In this document: in pieces, positions 36,982 through 45,665 of the stretch | Layout of the letters: every line of letters starts with the position of its first letter | Position numbering within the stretch: position 1 is the first letter of the stretch | Origin: Terriglobales bacterium | Lineage (GTDB): Bacteria > Acidobacteriota > Terriglobia > Terriglobales > Acidobacteriaceae | DNA: 64,000 nucleotides | Direction of reading: 5' to 3' | NCBI GenBank assembly: GCA_035487295.1 | Contig: DATHMH010000015.1 | Location: forward strand, 97,275 to 161,274 | The notes under the pieces: model-generated | Told to the model about the DNA's origin: nothing | What the model saw: the letters and a program-made list of their open reading frames with translations, nothing else | The model's database searches: none | Translations under genes and position numbers: made by a program

Positions 36982-38139
36982 CTACTGCTCATCATCCTCA
37001 CGCAGTTCGGGTGCAACTGGCGTCAAAGTCCCGAACAGGCCATCTTTTTCGCCGTTGATGCCGGCAGTAAAGAACAGTGTGGTGGCCGGGCCGGCGCTGT
37101 GATCGTTTCCGAAACGCAGTGCCCACAATCCATCGATCGTCAGGGTTGTTCCGTCGGCCTTCAACACATTTCCCAGGAACCGCCCGGTCAGCGGATTGAA
37201 TGCCGCGATAGTACCGCCGCGGAAGTTACCCACCAGCAGTGTATGGCTGAACTCGCCGAAGTGCTCCGTGGTCAGCACCACGCCCCAGGGGGCATTGAAC
37301 CACGGTCCATGCTGCAGGTGGGTCAGCATTCTGCCGTGGGAGTTGAAAACAGCGACGAATCCGAAGCCCGTACCGCCCACCGGGTCGTGCTTGGGAGCGT
37401 CCTGCTTGGCATAGGTTACGTAGATGTTGGGTCCAATCGCCTGCACGTTAAAAGGAGCAAAGTCGCGGGGGATGCGATCGTCGTCGAAAGCTTCTTCTGA
37501 GATCTTCACCTGTTTGAAGTTGGTATCAAAAACGTCAACGCGCCCGCTGCGGAAGTTGGCCGCGAGGATGAACTTGTTCCCGTCAATCTCGGCAATGGTG
37601 GCGCCCTTGTAAACCGCTCCGTTGGCAGCGTCAGGCACCTGCGAGTGATCGACTTTGATGGTTGCGGTAGGGCCGCCGGCCCAGCCCTGAACGGTGCCAT
37701 CCTCGGTTACAAAAATAAATGCGGCGGGATTGCCCGGCGTCAGCTGGAAGTCGTTGCTTCCGTTGAACATGATTCCTGTCGGGGTGCCAGGCGCTGGTTG
37801 GCTGGGAGCATTTGGAACGGCAACGAGGTCCTTCGGCGCATTAATCGGCACGATGTGGACGACGCCGGCTGCGTCGATGGAGTAAAGCGTAGAGGTGCCG
37901 CTGTTATTGTTTGAAACCCACCAGGGAGAAGTTGGGCTGGAAACCAGTCCCCAGGGATTCTGCAGATTTGGATCGATGATCGGCGTTTGCCCCGGTGCGC
38001 CGGGGACATCGGAGACCAAGTCCGTCTCCGTATAGTGCTGGCCGAACACAAGGGTTGAAAGTACTATGGCGACGAAGCCAACAGCGAGCGGCTTCAAACG
38101 TGACAGACGGGGGATATTCATTGAAATTATCTCCTTCAA
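36982..38139 (-). CDS. TIGR03118-family secreted beta-propeller protein
   Basis: 385 aa, with an alternative ATG at ~38121. It has a signal/anchor sequence. YTETDLVSDVPGAPGQTPIIDPNLQNPWGLVSSPTSPWWVSNNNSGTSTLY matches my recollection of the TIGR03118 N-terminal signature. Confidence 0.6.
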   Translation of the reverse strand: MKEIISMNIPRLSRLKPLAVGFVAIVLSTLVFGQHYTETDLVSDVPGAPGQTPIIDPNLQNPWGLVSSPTSPWWVSNNNSGTSTLYSIDAAGVVHIVPINAPKDLVAVPNAPSQPAPGTPTGIMFNGSNDFQLTPGNPAAFIFVTEDGTVQGWAGGPTATIKVDHSQVPDAANGAVYKGATIAEIDGNKFILAANFRSGRVDVFDTNFKQVKISEEAFDDDRIPRDFAPFNVQAIGPNIYVTYAKQDAPKHDPVGGTGFGFVAVFNSHGRMLTHLQHGPWFNAPWGVVLTTEHFGEFSHTLLVGNFRGGTIAAFNPLTGRFLGNVLKADGTTLTIDGLWALRFGNDHSAGPATTLFFTAGINGEKDGLFGTLTPVAPELREDDEQ

Positions 38140-38682
38140 TATTTTGTTGCGGGCCCTTAACGGAGTTACACTGGCAATCCAAATTGGCCAGTTTCATTTT
38201 GGTGCAGGCGCGTTGATAAATGAACTGCGTGAACTTATTGCACTCGGCATTCAAGAGACAGCTTGGTAAATCCGCATCTCTGGATGCGACGAATTTGAGT
38301 ATAGAAAAATGGGCTATTGCGAATTGTCATCCAAATGTCTTTTTTTGGTTAATTAATCTTAAAGAAGGATGTGTGAGATGTGGTCTCAGGCAGCAGCAGG
38401 GCTGCCGGTCAAAGCTTTGGATGAATGGATGGATGAATTGCTTTGAAAAGTTGCTCCGGCCGTTTCGTCATCGCCGTTTGCATCTTGTCGGCCTGAGCAT
38501 TTGACTTGCAGATGCAAGTTAGGACTGAAATGAACAAATTGCATATTGTTTCTACAGCTTTGTCATCCCGACCGGAGCCGCGCACTTTGTTGGGGCCACA
38601 ACTGTTATTTACATACAGAAAAAACTAAACAGGTCTGATAACGCCGGGGTGTTCACGAAGATGTCACCCCGGCTATGTGTAC

Positions 38683-41600
38683 TTACCAGATCAATTTCAA
38701 TCCGAACTGCACTTGCCGCGATGTGGTAGAGGTGCTGGTGATCGCTCCCGCCGTGCCTGAGAGCCCGGAAGGCGTAAACACGATCAAATTCGGCGTGTTG
38801 AAATTGGCTCGATTCAGAAGATTAAAAATCTCTGCGCGAAACTGCAGGTTCAACCGTTCGCGAATGGATGTCTCTTTCAAAGTGGAAAAATCCCAGGTGG
38901 CAAGCCCCGGACCGATCAACGTATCTCTTCCCAGATTACCGTAAAATCCGCTGTTGGCGGGCACGGGAAGAAATGCATTCGGATTAAACCACTGGCCGGG
39001 CTTGCCCAGTATCGCCGGCCCGGTGAAGTTTGGGTTCACAAACGGCCGCACCGGATTCCGCGTGTCTCCGTTGTTCGATGGGTTGTAGCTGAGTTGCGGC
39101 GTAAAGGGAAAACCGGATTGCAGCGTGACAATGCTATTCACCGACCACCCGCTCACAATGCCATTGCCCCAGCCTCCCAGACTGTTCGCAATTGCCTTCC
39201 CGCGCCCAAACGGCAGCTCATAGACGGTGCTGATCACTCCCATATTGCGCACGTCGTAGGTGGCAAGGCCCCAGTCTGCGCGCAAATTGAATGGGTTCGA
39301 CACCAGTCCTGGCGCGTTTCCGGCTGTTGTCCCATTTAGGGAATCCCCGTCATCAAGTGCTTTGGACCAGGTATAGACACCTCTTACAGAAAGACCGCGA
39401 CTGAAACGGCGATTCACATCCACTTGCAACGCGTGATAGGAGCTGACCCCGCGAGAGAACCAGGTCCACGTGTTCGTCAGGATAGGACTGGGATTCGCCT
39501 TCGGAGTTCCAGCAGGAATGTAAAATGTGCCGGCAGGAATTGGCGCATTCGCCAGGGCCCCCGGAAATGTGCCCGGGTATGTAGCAGGACAGGGCGCTGC
39601 CGGACAGATAGTCGGGATGGGCTCATTCGCATCAATGCCAATAACTTCGTGGTAGCCGTGGGACCCCACGTAACCTACAGTGAGAGCGGTATTCGGAGAA
39701 AGTTCCTGTTGAACTCTGAGCGACCAGGAGATCAGCGTGGGCGTTTTCAAATTGGGTTGTACGCCTCCAGGGGCCAGCTTTGCGCTTGCGGGCACCGGAG
39801 CGGCCGTGTTGATGGGAAGCTGCGAGACCGGCAACGAAGCGATGCTGTACGTCGCATTGAACGGCGCATTCTGGTCTGCCCGGTAACCGAGTGCATCTTG
39901 AAGGTCGTTATACATGCCGAACCCGGCCCGCACTACGGTTTTGGCGCCGAAGGGACTCCACGCGATGCCGAGCCGTGGTTGTGGCAGAAATCTCGCATTG
40001 TTGGCGGCAAAGTCAGCGCTGCCAATGTGCGGCTGCGTCGAGATCACGCCATTGTTGAAGGTGTAGTTGGCCGCCCGGCCGTGGGCCTCATTCCAGCCCG
40101 TGGTGAACTCATCGCGGAATCCCAAAGACAGCATCAACTTCGGCGTCAATCGTATGACATCTTCGGCATACCACGCGCCCAGCAAAGACCGCCAGTTCAT
40201 CTCGGTGGGCGCGGGATCAAAGAGGAACGTTGATGTCGTCCCTTGCAAAAATGTTTGCAGGCTGGTGAACGTTGCCTGCCCAAACTGGCTCAGGGAGATG
40301 GTCTCGTTTGACTGGAAGGGCTGGAGCCATACGCCAACGCTGAACTGGTGGCGTCCTCGCGTCAGGCTGAAGCGATCTTCGATAGTAAATAAGTTGCGGG
40401 CGATGCGCAGATTGCTGCCGTTATTGCTTCCCGCCAGCCCGACCTGCGCTTGCGGATTAGAGGCTGCACTGCCTCCAACCACCACCGCGCCAACCGGATG
40501 TCCGAGCAGAAAACCGGGAACATTGGCCGCCGGAGTGCCGGGAGTTGGTTCTCCCGTATAAAAATAACCTGCCCGCGAGAAGCCAAAGCGCGCGGTATTC
40601 AGCGCAGACGGAGAGAAACTATGCGTTTCTTCCAGGCTGAAGACCTGCTCCCGCAGCGTAACGATATCGGTGCTGTAAGGATCGAGCACCGTGGCCGTGA
40701 CGTCGCCGCCGTCGTCGATTGTGTAAATGCCCGAAAGCGAATCCCGGTTGGTGAAGATGTGGTCAAGTCGTACCGTCCCAAAATCCTCCCGGATGGTTTG
40801 CAAAGGACTGCTGAAAAACTCCGCAATGCCGTTGAAGTCAGGAGTTCCAGGCAGCGGAGCGGGCCACAAGTTGAGCAGTGGCTGGACGCTGGGCACGGCG
40901 GAAGCGCGCGAAGCCGCATCGGGAACAAATGCCGCGGATGTCTGGTGCAAATTCTGTCGAAATCCCTCATAGTTCGCGAACACAAAGGTCTTTTCGGTCT
41001 GAATCGGTCCGCCCACCGAGCCGCCAAATTGGTTGCGCTGAAATCCTGGGACTGAACCCTGATCGAAGAAATTGCGCGTATCAAGGGCGCTGTTGCGCAA
41101 GAATTCGAACGCGGCGCCGTGCCACTGCTTGCTCCCCGACTGGGTCACGATGATCACCTGGCCGCCGGGTCTTTTGCCATACTCCGCGCTGTAAGAGTCG
41201 CGCAGCACATTGAATTCGCGCACCGCATCCACCCCCAGCAACTGCTGGCTCGTGCCTCCCGGCTGCATGTTGTTCTCCGCCGCTCCCGTGTACTCGACCC
41301 CGTTTAGCAGAAATATGTTTTGCTGCGGCCGGTTCCCCGAGACCGCGAAGTTATTCCCCGTGGTTGAATTCGAAACTCCAATTCCGCCGGTCTTCTCCCA
41401 GGTGAAATTAACGATCCCCGGATTCAGTGGCAGCAGCAAGTCGTAGCTCCGCCCGTTCAGGGGAAGATCTTTTACCTGCCGCTCGCCCACCAGGCCCGAG
41501 ATGTCTTGCGTCGTTACGCTCACCAGCGGCGCGTCCCCGGTCACCTCCACTTTTTCACTCACCTTGCCGACACGGAGGCTCAAATTCACGCTCGCATCCT

Positions 41601-41973
41601 GACCAACGACCAGGCGAATTCCCGTCCGAATTCCTTCCGCAAAACCATCTTTTTTAACCCGAACCTCATACTCCCCGACCGGAAGAGCCAGCAATTGATA
41701 TCTGCCGGCTCCGTCCGTAACTGCACTGCGCGAAAGCCCTGTATCCTGGTTGCGCGCCATGACAGTTGCGGAGGAAATGGCCGCGCCTGATTGATCGGTT
41801 ACCGTTCCAGACAAGTTCGCCGAAACCTGCGCCCAGGCAAATGGGGCGCATAGGCAAAGCAACAGCACTGCCAGCATCGAAAGATGACCGCTTCGGCCGG
41901 TTCGCGGGATATCCGCAAAGATAGTGTGCGATCGCTGGCGCGAGAAGTGTAAACCCAGGGTAGCCTTATGCAT
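38683..41973 (-). CDS. TonB-dependent outer membrane receptor with N-terminal CarboxypepD_reg domain
   Basis: 1096 aa. The alternative ATG at 41877 gives a signal peptide, MLAVLLLCLCAPFAWAQ. The N-terminal domain is SGTVTDQSGAAISSATVMARNQDTGLSRSAVTDGAGRYQLLALPVGEYEVRV. A plug and long beta-barrel follow, and the C-terminus ends in an aromatic residue (…VQFGLKLIW). Confidence 0.85.
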   Translation of the reverse strand: MHKATLGLHFSRQRSHTIFADIPRTGRSGHLSMLAVLLLCLCAPFAWAQVSANLSGTVTDQSGAAISSATVMARNQDTGLSRSAVTDGAGRYQLLALPVGEYEVRVKKDGFAEGIRTGIRLVVGQDASVNLSLRVGKVSEKVEVTGDAPLVSVTTQDISGLVGERQVKDLPLNGRSYDLLLPLNPGIVNFTWEKTGGIGVSNSTTGNNFAVSGNRPQQNIFLLNGVEYTGAAENNMQPGGTSQQLLGVDAVREFNVLRDSYSAEYGKRPGGQVIIVTQSGSKQWHGAAFEFLRNSALDTRNFFDQGSVPGFQRNQFGGSVGGPIQTEKTFVFANYEGFRQNLHQTSAAFVPDAASRASAVPSVQPLLNLWPAPLPGTPDFNGIAEFFSSPLQTIREDFGTVRLDHIFTNRDSLSGIYTIDDGGDVTATVLDPYSTDIVTLREQVFSLEETHSFSPSALNTARFGFSRAGYFYTGEPTPGTPAANVPGFLLGHPVGAVVVGGSAASNPQAQVGLAGSNNGSNLRIARNLFTIEDRFSLTRGRHQFSVGVWLQPFQSNETISLSQFGQATFTSLQTFLQGTTSTFLFDPAPTEMNWRSLLGAWYAEDVIRLTPKLMLSLGFRDEFTTGWNEAHGRAANYTFNNGVISTQPHIGSADFAANNARFLPQPRLGIAWSPFGAKTVVRAGFGMYNDLQDALGYRADQNAPFNATYSIASLPVSQLPINTAAPVPASAKLAPGGVQPNLKTPTLISWSLRVQQELSPNTALTVGYVGSHGYHEVIGIDANEPIPTICPAAPCPATYPGTFPGALANAPIPAGTFYIPAGTPKANPSPILTNTWTWFSRGVSSYHALQVDVNRRFSRGLSVRGVYTWSKALDDGDSLNGTTAGNAPGLVSNPFNLRADWGLATYDVRNMGVISTVYELPFGRGKAIANSLGGWGNGIVSGWSVNSIVTLQSGFPFTPQLSYNPSNNGDTRNPVRPFVNPNFTGPAILGKPGQWFNPNAFLPVPANSGFYGNLGRDTLIGPGLATWDFSTLKETSIRERLNLQFRAEIFNLLNRANFNTPNLIVFTPSGLSGTAGAITSTSTTSRQVQFGLKLIW

Positions 41974-42173
41974 TGGTTCTCTTCCTCCTCATGAAATAAG
42001 GTTTAGCGGAAGAACTAGAAAGTGTATATCGACGACGATTATTATGTCGAATACTGTGCGTTTATATATGATTTCTGCCCGATGATCCCGGCCCCATCTC
42101 TTGCGAAAAATGCACACCTGTAGACCCCGATTCGTTGACGGAGAGATGGGGCCACTGTAGGATTTCGTTTCAA

Positions 42174-42620
42174 ATGACCGCAAAGGCTAAAGTTCGAAGT
42201 TCGAAACCGGGAAAAGATGAGACATTGCTGAAACTGCGCGAAGCGGCCCTGGAACTTCGCATCAGCGTCCCCACGATCAAGCAGTGGATTTACAGGCGGA
42301 AGATTCGCAGCATCCAGACCGCGGGAGGGCACCATCGTATTCCGCGGAGTGAAGTTGACCGCCTCCTGTTTCGGACAACAGGGAAGACGGCATCCGAACG
42401 CGCCCTTGTCATACGTCGCGTCAGCGGAAGAAATCAACTCGTGGGGCGAATCGAATCGGTCCGCCTAAGCGGGCTTATGGCCGAGGTAACCATTTCCATC
42501 GGCGATCATCAGATCACTGCGATTATCACCGCAAGTTCAGCCCGCGAAATGAACCTCAAACCCGGCCAGACAGCGGCCGCCCTCATAAAAGCGACAGAAG
42601 TGATGGTTCTGCGCGTGTAA
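42174..42620 (+). CDS. Excisionase-type HTH plus TOBE/Mop (molybdate-binding-like) domain transcriptional regulator
   Basis: Track ORF 42135..42620, with an ATG at 42174. The HTH is LLKLREAALELRISVPTIKQWIYRRKIRSIQTAGGHHRIPRSEV. The TOBE-like part is SGRNQLVGRIESVRLSGLMAEVTISIGDHQITAIITASSAREMNLKPGQTAAALIKATEVMV. Confidence 0.7.
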   Translation: MTAKAKVRSSKPGKDETLLKLREAALELRISVPTIKQWIYRRKIRSIQTAGGHHRIPRSEVDRLLFRTTGKTASERALVIRRVSGRNQLVGRIESVRLSGLMAEVTISIGDHQITAIITASSAREMNLKPGQTAAALIKATEVMVLRV

Positions 42621-42909
42621 CCTGAGAAGGGTGACCCCTGCGCCTAAGTTTGAGGCGCGAGTCGGGCGTCTGAGCCCGCAGCCGGAATCCTGAGCGAAGT
42701 CGAAGGATCTCGCGGCTATTGCTCAGAACGCTTTAAAATCAGGAAGAATGTATGGTCGGGGCTAGGAGACGATTTGAGAACTTTTGCCATGGGTTGCGGA
42801 GAGAGTACTGACTTCAAAGTTATAGCTGTCTAAAGGGTTAGCCTGGAGTCAGGCAGGGCTACGATTTGAGAATCTTGTCCGCTTGATCGTCAGTTCGTCG
42901 ATACACATA

Positions 42910-43323
42910 TCAACTGCTTGATCGGTCGACGTAGGTTTCAGCGAAAGACTCATCTGGGGAGGTCGCCGGCCAACCAATCATGACCAGGAACACGTCGATG
43001 ACAAAGAGCGCGATGGCAATGTCGTTGAAAAGGGTCGCTTGCGCTAAATTGGGCCAGAGTTGATTGGCAGCCCAAAAGAGAAAAGCAACCGCCAAAATGA
43101 TCGCCTTAAGGAATTCCATAGGCGCGGGCCGGCGGGAGCGCTGGTAGACAAGGTAGGCAAACGCGATCATAGCAAGGGGAAACGCCGCAAGGAAATCATG
43201 AGCTCTGGCGGGGAAAAGCCCTGGCAGGGCATCCCATGCGAAGAGCACTCCGACACTTGCGAGAGTGACCACCCCGAGGACCACCGAAATAACGCGGTGG
43301 GCTCGGCGAAGACGAGCACACAT
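42910..43323 (-). CDS. Hypothetical 4-TM membrane protein
   Basis: 137 aa with four hydrophobic segments. I recognise no family. Confidence 0.45.
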   Translation of the reverse strand: MCARLRRAHRVISVVLGVVTLASVGVLFAWDALPGLFPARAHDFLAAFPLAMIAFAYLVYQRSRRPAPMEFLKAIILAVAFLFWAANQLWPNLAQATLFNDIAIALFVIDVFLVMIGWPATSPDESFAETYVDRSSS

Positions 43324-43484
43324 AGAGTAATCCTACAAGATGAAGCGGACGTGATCACTAATAGCATATCCCTGAAGCGTAGATGCAGATTCTTCAATGA
43401 ATGGTTCCCGTCAGCACATGGAGTCTGATCTCCCCCCGCGGAATTCCCCAAAGATCTTGAACTCGGCGACCACGACTTTTCGTT

Positions 43485-43524
43485 GTTTATGAAGAGTTTA
43501 TGAGTCGTTTATTCCACCTTTATG
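43485..43524 (+). promoter_or_regulatory. Four direct repeats (G/C)TTTAT(G/T) phased exactly 11 bp apart; candidate OmpR/KdpE-family binding array
   Basis: GTTTATG 43485, GTTTATG 43496, GTTTATT 43507 and CTTTATG 43518. A fifth, out-of-phase GTTTAAC lies at 43532. The array sits in the divergent region between 43323(-) and kdpE (43715). Confidence 0.45.
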
Positions 43525-43714
43525 TATTTCTGTTTAACGTAGAACGGTGGGTTTTTGATGAGCGTTATCTTGCGGGAATCGAAATCCAAGGCATAACAGC
43601 TTTTGTGTTGGCTGCGCAGCCCGTCATTTGGCAAATGACCGCGTGCGATGAGCGAAGGGCCTTGTGATGATTGTATGGCCGATCGAAACTCCTTAATCCA
43701 CGGGAGGCGACAGC

Positions 43715-44407
43715 GTGAGTGAAGGGCACATTCTTGTAGTTGATGACGAGTCGCAGATTCGGCGTGTGATGCGTACTACGCTTGTGAGCCAGGGTTATGA
43801 AGTTTCAGATGCTCGCAGCGGCGATGAGTGTCTGGGCCTGTTTCGCTCCACCGTGTACGATTTAGTGCTGCTGGACATGAACATGCCGGGTTTGAATGGA
43901 GTGGAAACCTGCCGATGTATTCGCATGGGTTCCGATGTGGCGATCATCATGCTTACAGTGCGCAACACGCTCAAGGACAAAATAGATGCGCTTGACGCAG
44001 GCGCCGACGATTATGTAACCAAACCGTTCAGCACGCCTGAACTGCTGGCGCGGATCAGGGCGGCACTCCGAAGAAGCGCAACATCAGCGGAGCTTGAACC
44101 CGAACACTTGCAATTGGGACACATTGAGATTGATTTCAAGGCACGACAAGTGATCTCGCGCAATGAACACATACGGCTGACGGGAAAGGAATTTGATCTG
44201 CTCTCCTATCTTGCGGTACGCCGGAACAAAACCATTACGCATCGGGAACTGCTACAAGCAATCTGGGGACCGGACTACGGAGGAGAACTGGAGTACCTGC
44301 GCGTGTTTATCAATCGTCTGCGGCAAAAGATTGAGCAAATACCGGCAACCCCAAAGTATTTGTTGACAGACCTCCGGATTGGATACCGTCTGCGCTTGCC
44401 GGAGTAA
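43715..44407 (+). CDS. kdpE: OmpR-family response regulator KdpE
   Basis: 230 aa with a GTG start and an RBS (gggagg). The receiver domain is ILVVDDESQIRRV…DLVLLDMNMPG…LTVRN…DAGADDYVTKPF. The winged-helix tail EYLRVFINRLRQKIEQIPATPKYLLTDLRIGYRL resembles the KdpE signature HYLRxYxxxLRQKLExDPxxPxxxxTExGIGYRF. It is adjacent to kdpFABC. Confidence 0.75.
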   Translation: MSEGHILVVDDESQIRRVMRTTLVSQGYEVSDARSGDECLGLFRSTVYDLVLLDMNMPGLNGVETCRCIRMGSDVAIIMLTVRNTLKDKIDALDAGADDYVTKPFSTPELLARIRAALRRSATSAELEPEHLQLGHIEIDFKARQVISRNEHIRLTGKEFDLLSYLAVRRNKTITHRELLQAIWGPDYGGELEYLRVFINRLRQKIEQIPATPKYLLTDLRIGYRLRLPE

Positions 44408-44740
44408 TCCGCAACTACCGAACTCTCCTTTGACTTGCACCAACTCAACGACAAACTCATTTCCATTGCTCTGCTTCTAAACGTACTAATAAGCCACGGG
44501 CGCTAGCAGAGATAGGGGAGTCATATGGTGAGCCAAATCAACATGCCGGTCGAGCGGCGGAAGCACGATCCTGGATTGGAAGAAGCGTAGCCAGGCTTCG
44601 TTCACGATCGCAATTTAGCGATCTACTATCATTAGTTCTCGACCGGTGTGCGCGCAGCACCCCCATCAATGGTCAGACCGGCAAACGATTCAAGAAGCAT
44701 TCCTATCAGAGAAACTCATTCAATTTAATAGGCTTCCTGT

Positions 44741-44780
44741 GTTTATAAATTATTGATGCCTTGTTTATGACACGTTTACG
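44741..44780 (+). promoter_or_regulatory. Candidate KdpE operator: 11-bp-phased direct repeats GTTTATA / (ATTGATG) / GTTTATG / GTTTACG just upstream of the first gene of the kdp cluster
   Basis: TTTATG-acacg-TTTACG (44764-44780) has the same half-site sequence and 6+5 spacing I recall for the E. coli kdpFABC operator (TTTATA-N5-TTTACA). A possible -10 (tagtat) lies at ~44796-44801, 5-6 nt before the ATG at 44807. Confidence 0.5.
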
Positions 44781-44806
44781 CCCATGGACCTATCTTAGTA
44801 TCCGTA

Positions 44807-45439
44807 ATGAAGTTGGTCGACAATAACCCGCTTCAGCCTCTGGAACTGGAGGAGCAGTGTCTTACGTACGTTGGCGATTACGCTGCGCAACCAGATACGC
44901 CCCCGCGAATAACCGTTCTCTACACCAACCATGAAGGGACGCTCGCGGCGTTGAGAGTCGCCCATGATCTGGCACGCAATCTGGGGTTCCGAGTTACTCT
45001 GGTGATGATTAGAATTGTTCCTTTCCATTTTTCCCTGACACGTCCTCACGTCCCGGTGGATTTTCTCAAGCAATTGCAGATTTCTGTTGTCTCCGAGGCG
45101 GGAATTGGTGCCGAAGAGATAAGCGTTGAACTCTATCTCTGCCGCGACCGAAAGCAGTGCCTGCAATTGGTGCTAGCCCCGCATGCCCTGGTGGTCATCG
45201 GCGGAAAAAAGAATTGGCGAATGAAGCAGGAGCGAAAACTGGAGCGATTGCTCCTCGCACTTGGTTATCAGGTGATCTTTGTTGACGTGAAACCGACATC
45301 CGAATGGAAGGCCGGTGCGGCTCTCTTATATTCACTCCGGCGTCTTGGTGTTCTCATATTGAACAAATTATTTGCTCGCAAACAGGAAGCAGCGCGTACG
45401 CTTCCTGAAAAAGTGGAAGTAAAAGGAGTGCGTCAATGA
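44807..45439 (+). CDS. Stand-alone USP-like (universal stress protein alpha/beta fold) protein, first gene of the kdp cluster
   Basis: 210 aa. RITVLYTNHEGTLAALRVAHDLARNLGFRVTLVMIRIVP…LVVIGGKKNWRMKQERKLERLLLALGYQVIFVDV follows the Usp beta-alpha-beta layout. Its stop overlaps the next ATG (ATGA). Confidence 0.45.
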   Translation: MKLVDNNPLQPLELEEQCLTYVGDYAAQPDTPPRITVLYTNHEGTLAALRVAHDLARNLGFRVTLVMIRIVPFHFSLTRPHVPVDFLKQLQISVVSEAGIGAEEISVELYLCRDRKQCLQLVLAPHALVVIGGKKNWRMKQERKLERLLLALGYQVIFVDVKPTSEWKAGAALLYSLRRLGVLILNKLFARKQEAARTLPEKVEVKGVRQ

Positions 45440-45531
45440 ATCTTGCAATCTGGTTGCCGGCGATGTTTCTGCTGGGTTTAGCAGTGATGGGTGTATGCCT
45501 CCTGTTCATGGAAGCATGCGAAAAAATATGA
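45436..45531 (+). CDS. Hydrophobic 31 aa micro-ORF upstream of kdpF
   Basis: Own translation gives MNLAIWLPAMFLLGLAVMGVCLLFMEACEKI, a single TM helix. It is translationally coupled (ATGA) to the USP-like ORF and ends 4 nt before kdpF. It is below the track size cut-off. Confidence 0.35.
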   Translation: MNLAIWLPAMFLLGLAVMGVCLLFMEACEKI

Positions 45532-45535
45532 GGTG

Positions 45536-45622
45536 ATGACGATGATCTACGTGACCGCAGCGGTTTCGATCTTTCTGTTTGTTTATTTGTGGGCGGCGAT
45601 GATACGCCCCGAAAAGTTCTAA
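45536..45622 (+). CDS. kdpF: K+-transporting ATPase subunit F
   Basis: Own translation gives MTMIYVTAAVSIFLFVYLWAAMIRPEKF. The single TM helix and C-terminal YL..A..RPEKF are the KdpF hallmark. It lies directly upstream of kdpA. Confidence 0.8.
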   Translation: MTMIYVTAAVSIFLFVYLWAAMIRPEKF

Positions 45623-45665
45623 GCGTACCAGTGCCGTATGTCAATTTTGAAGAGGTGATGACGAT

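Noticed and set aside
44525-44590. 21-codon ORF (MVSQINMPVERRKHDPGLEEA) with a ggggag RBS between kdpE and the USP-like gene.
   Set aside because: It is too short and unremarkable to support without conservation or expression data.
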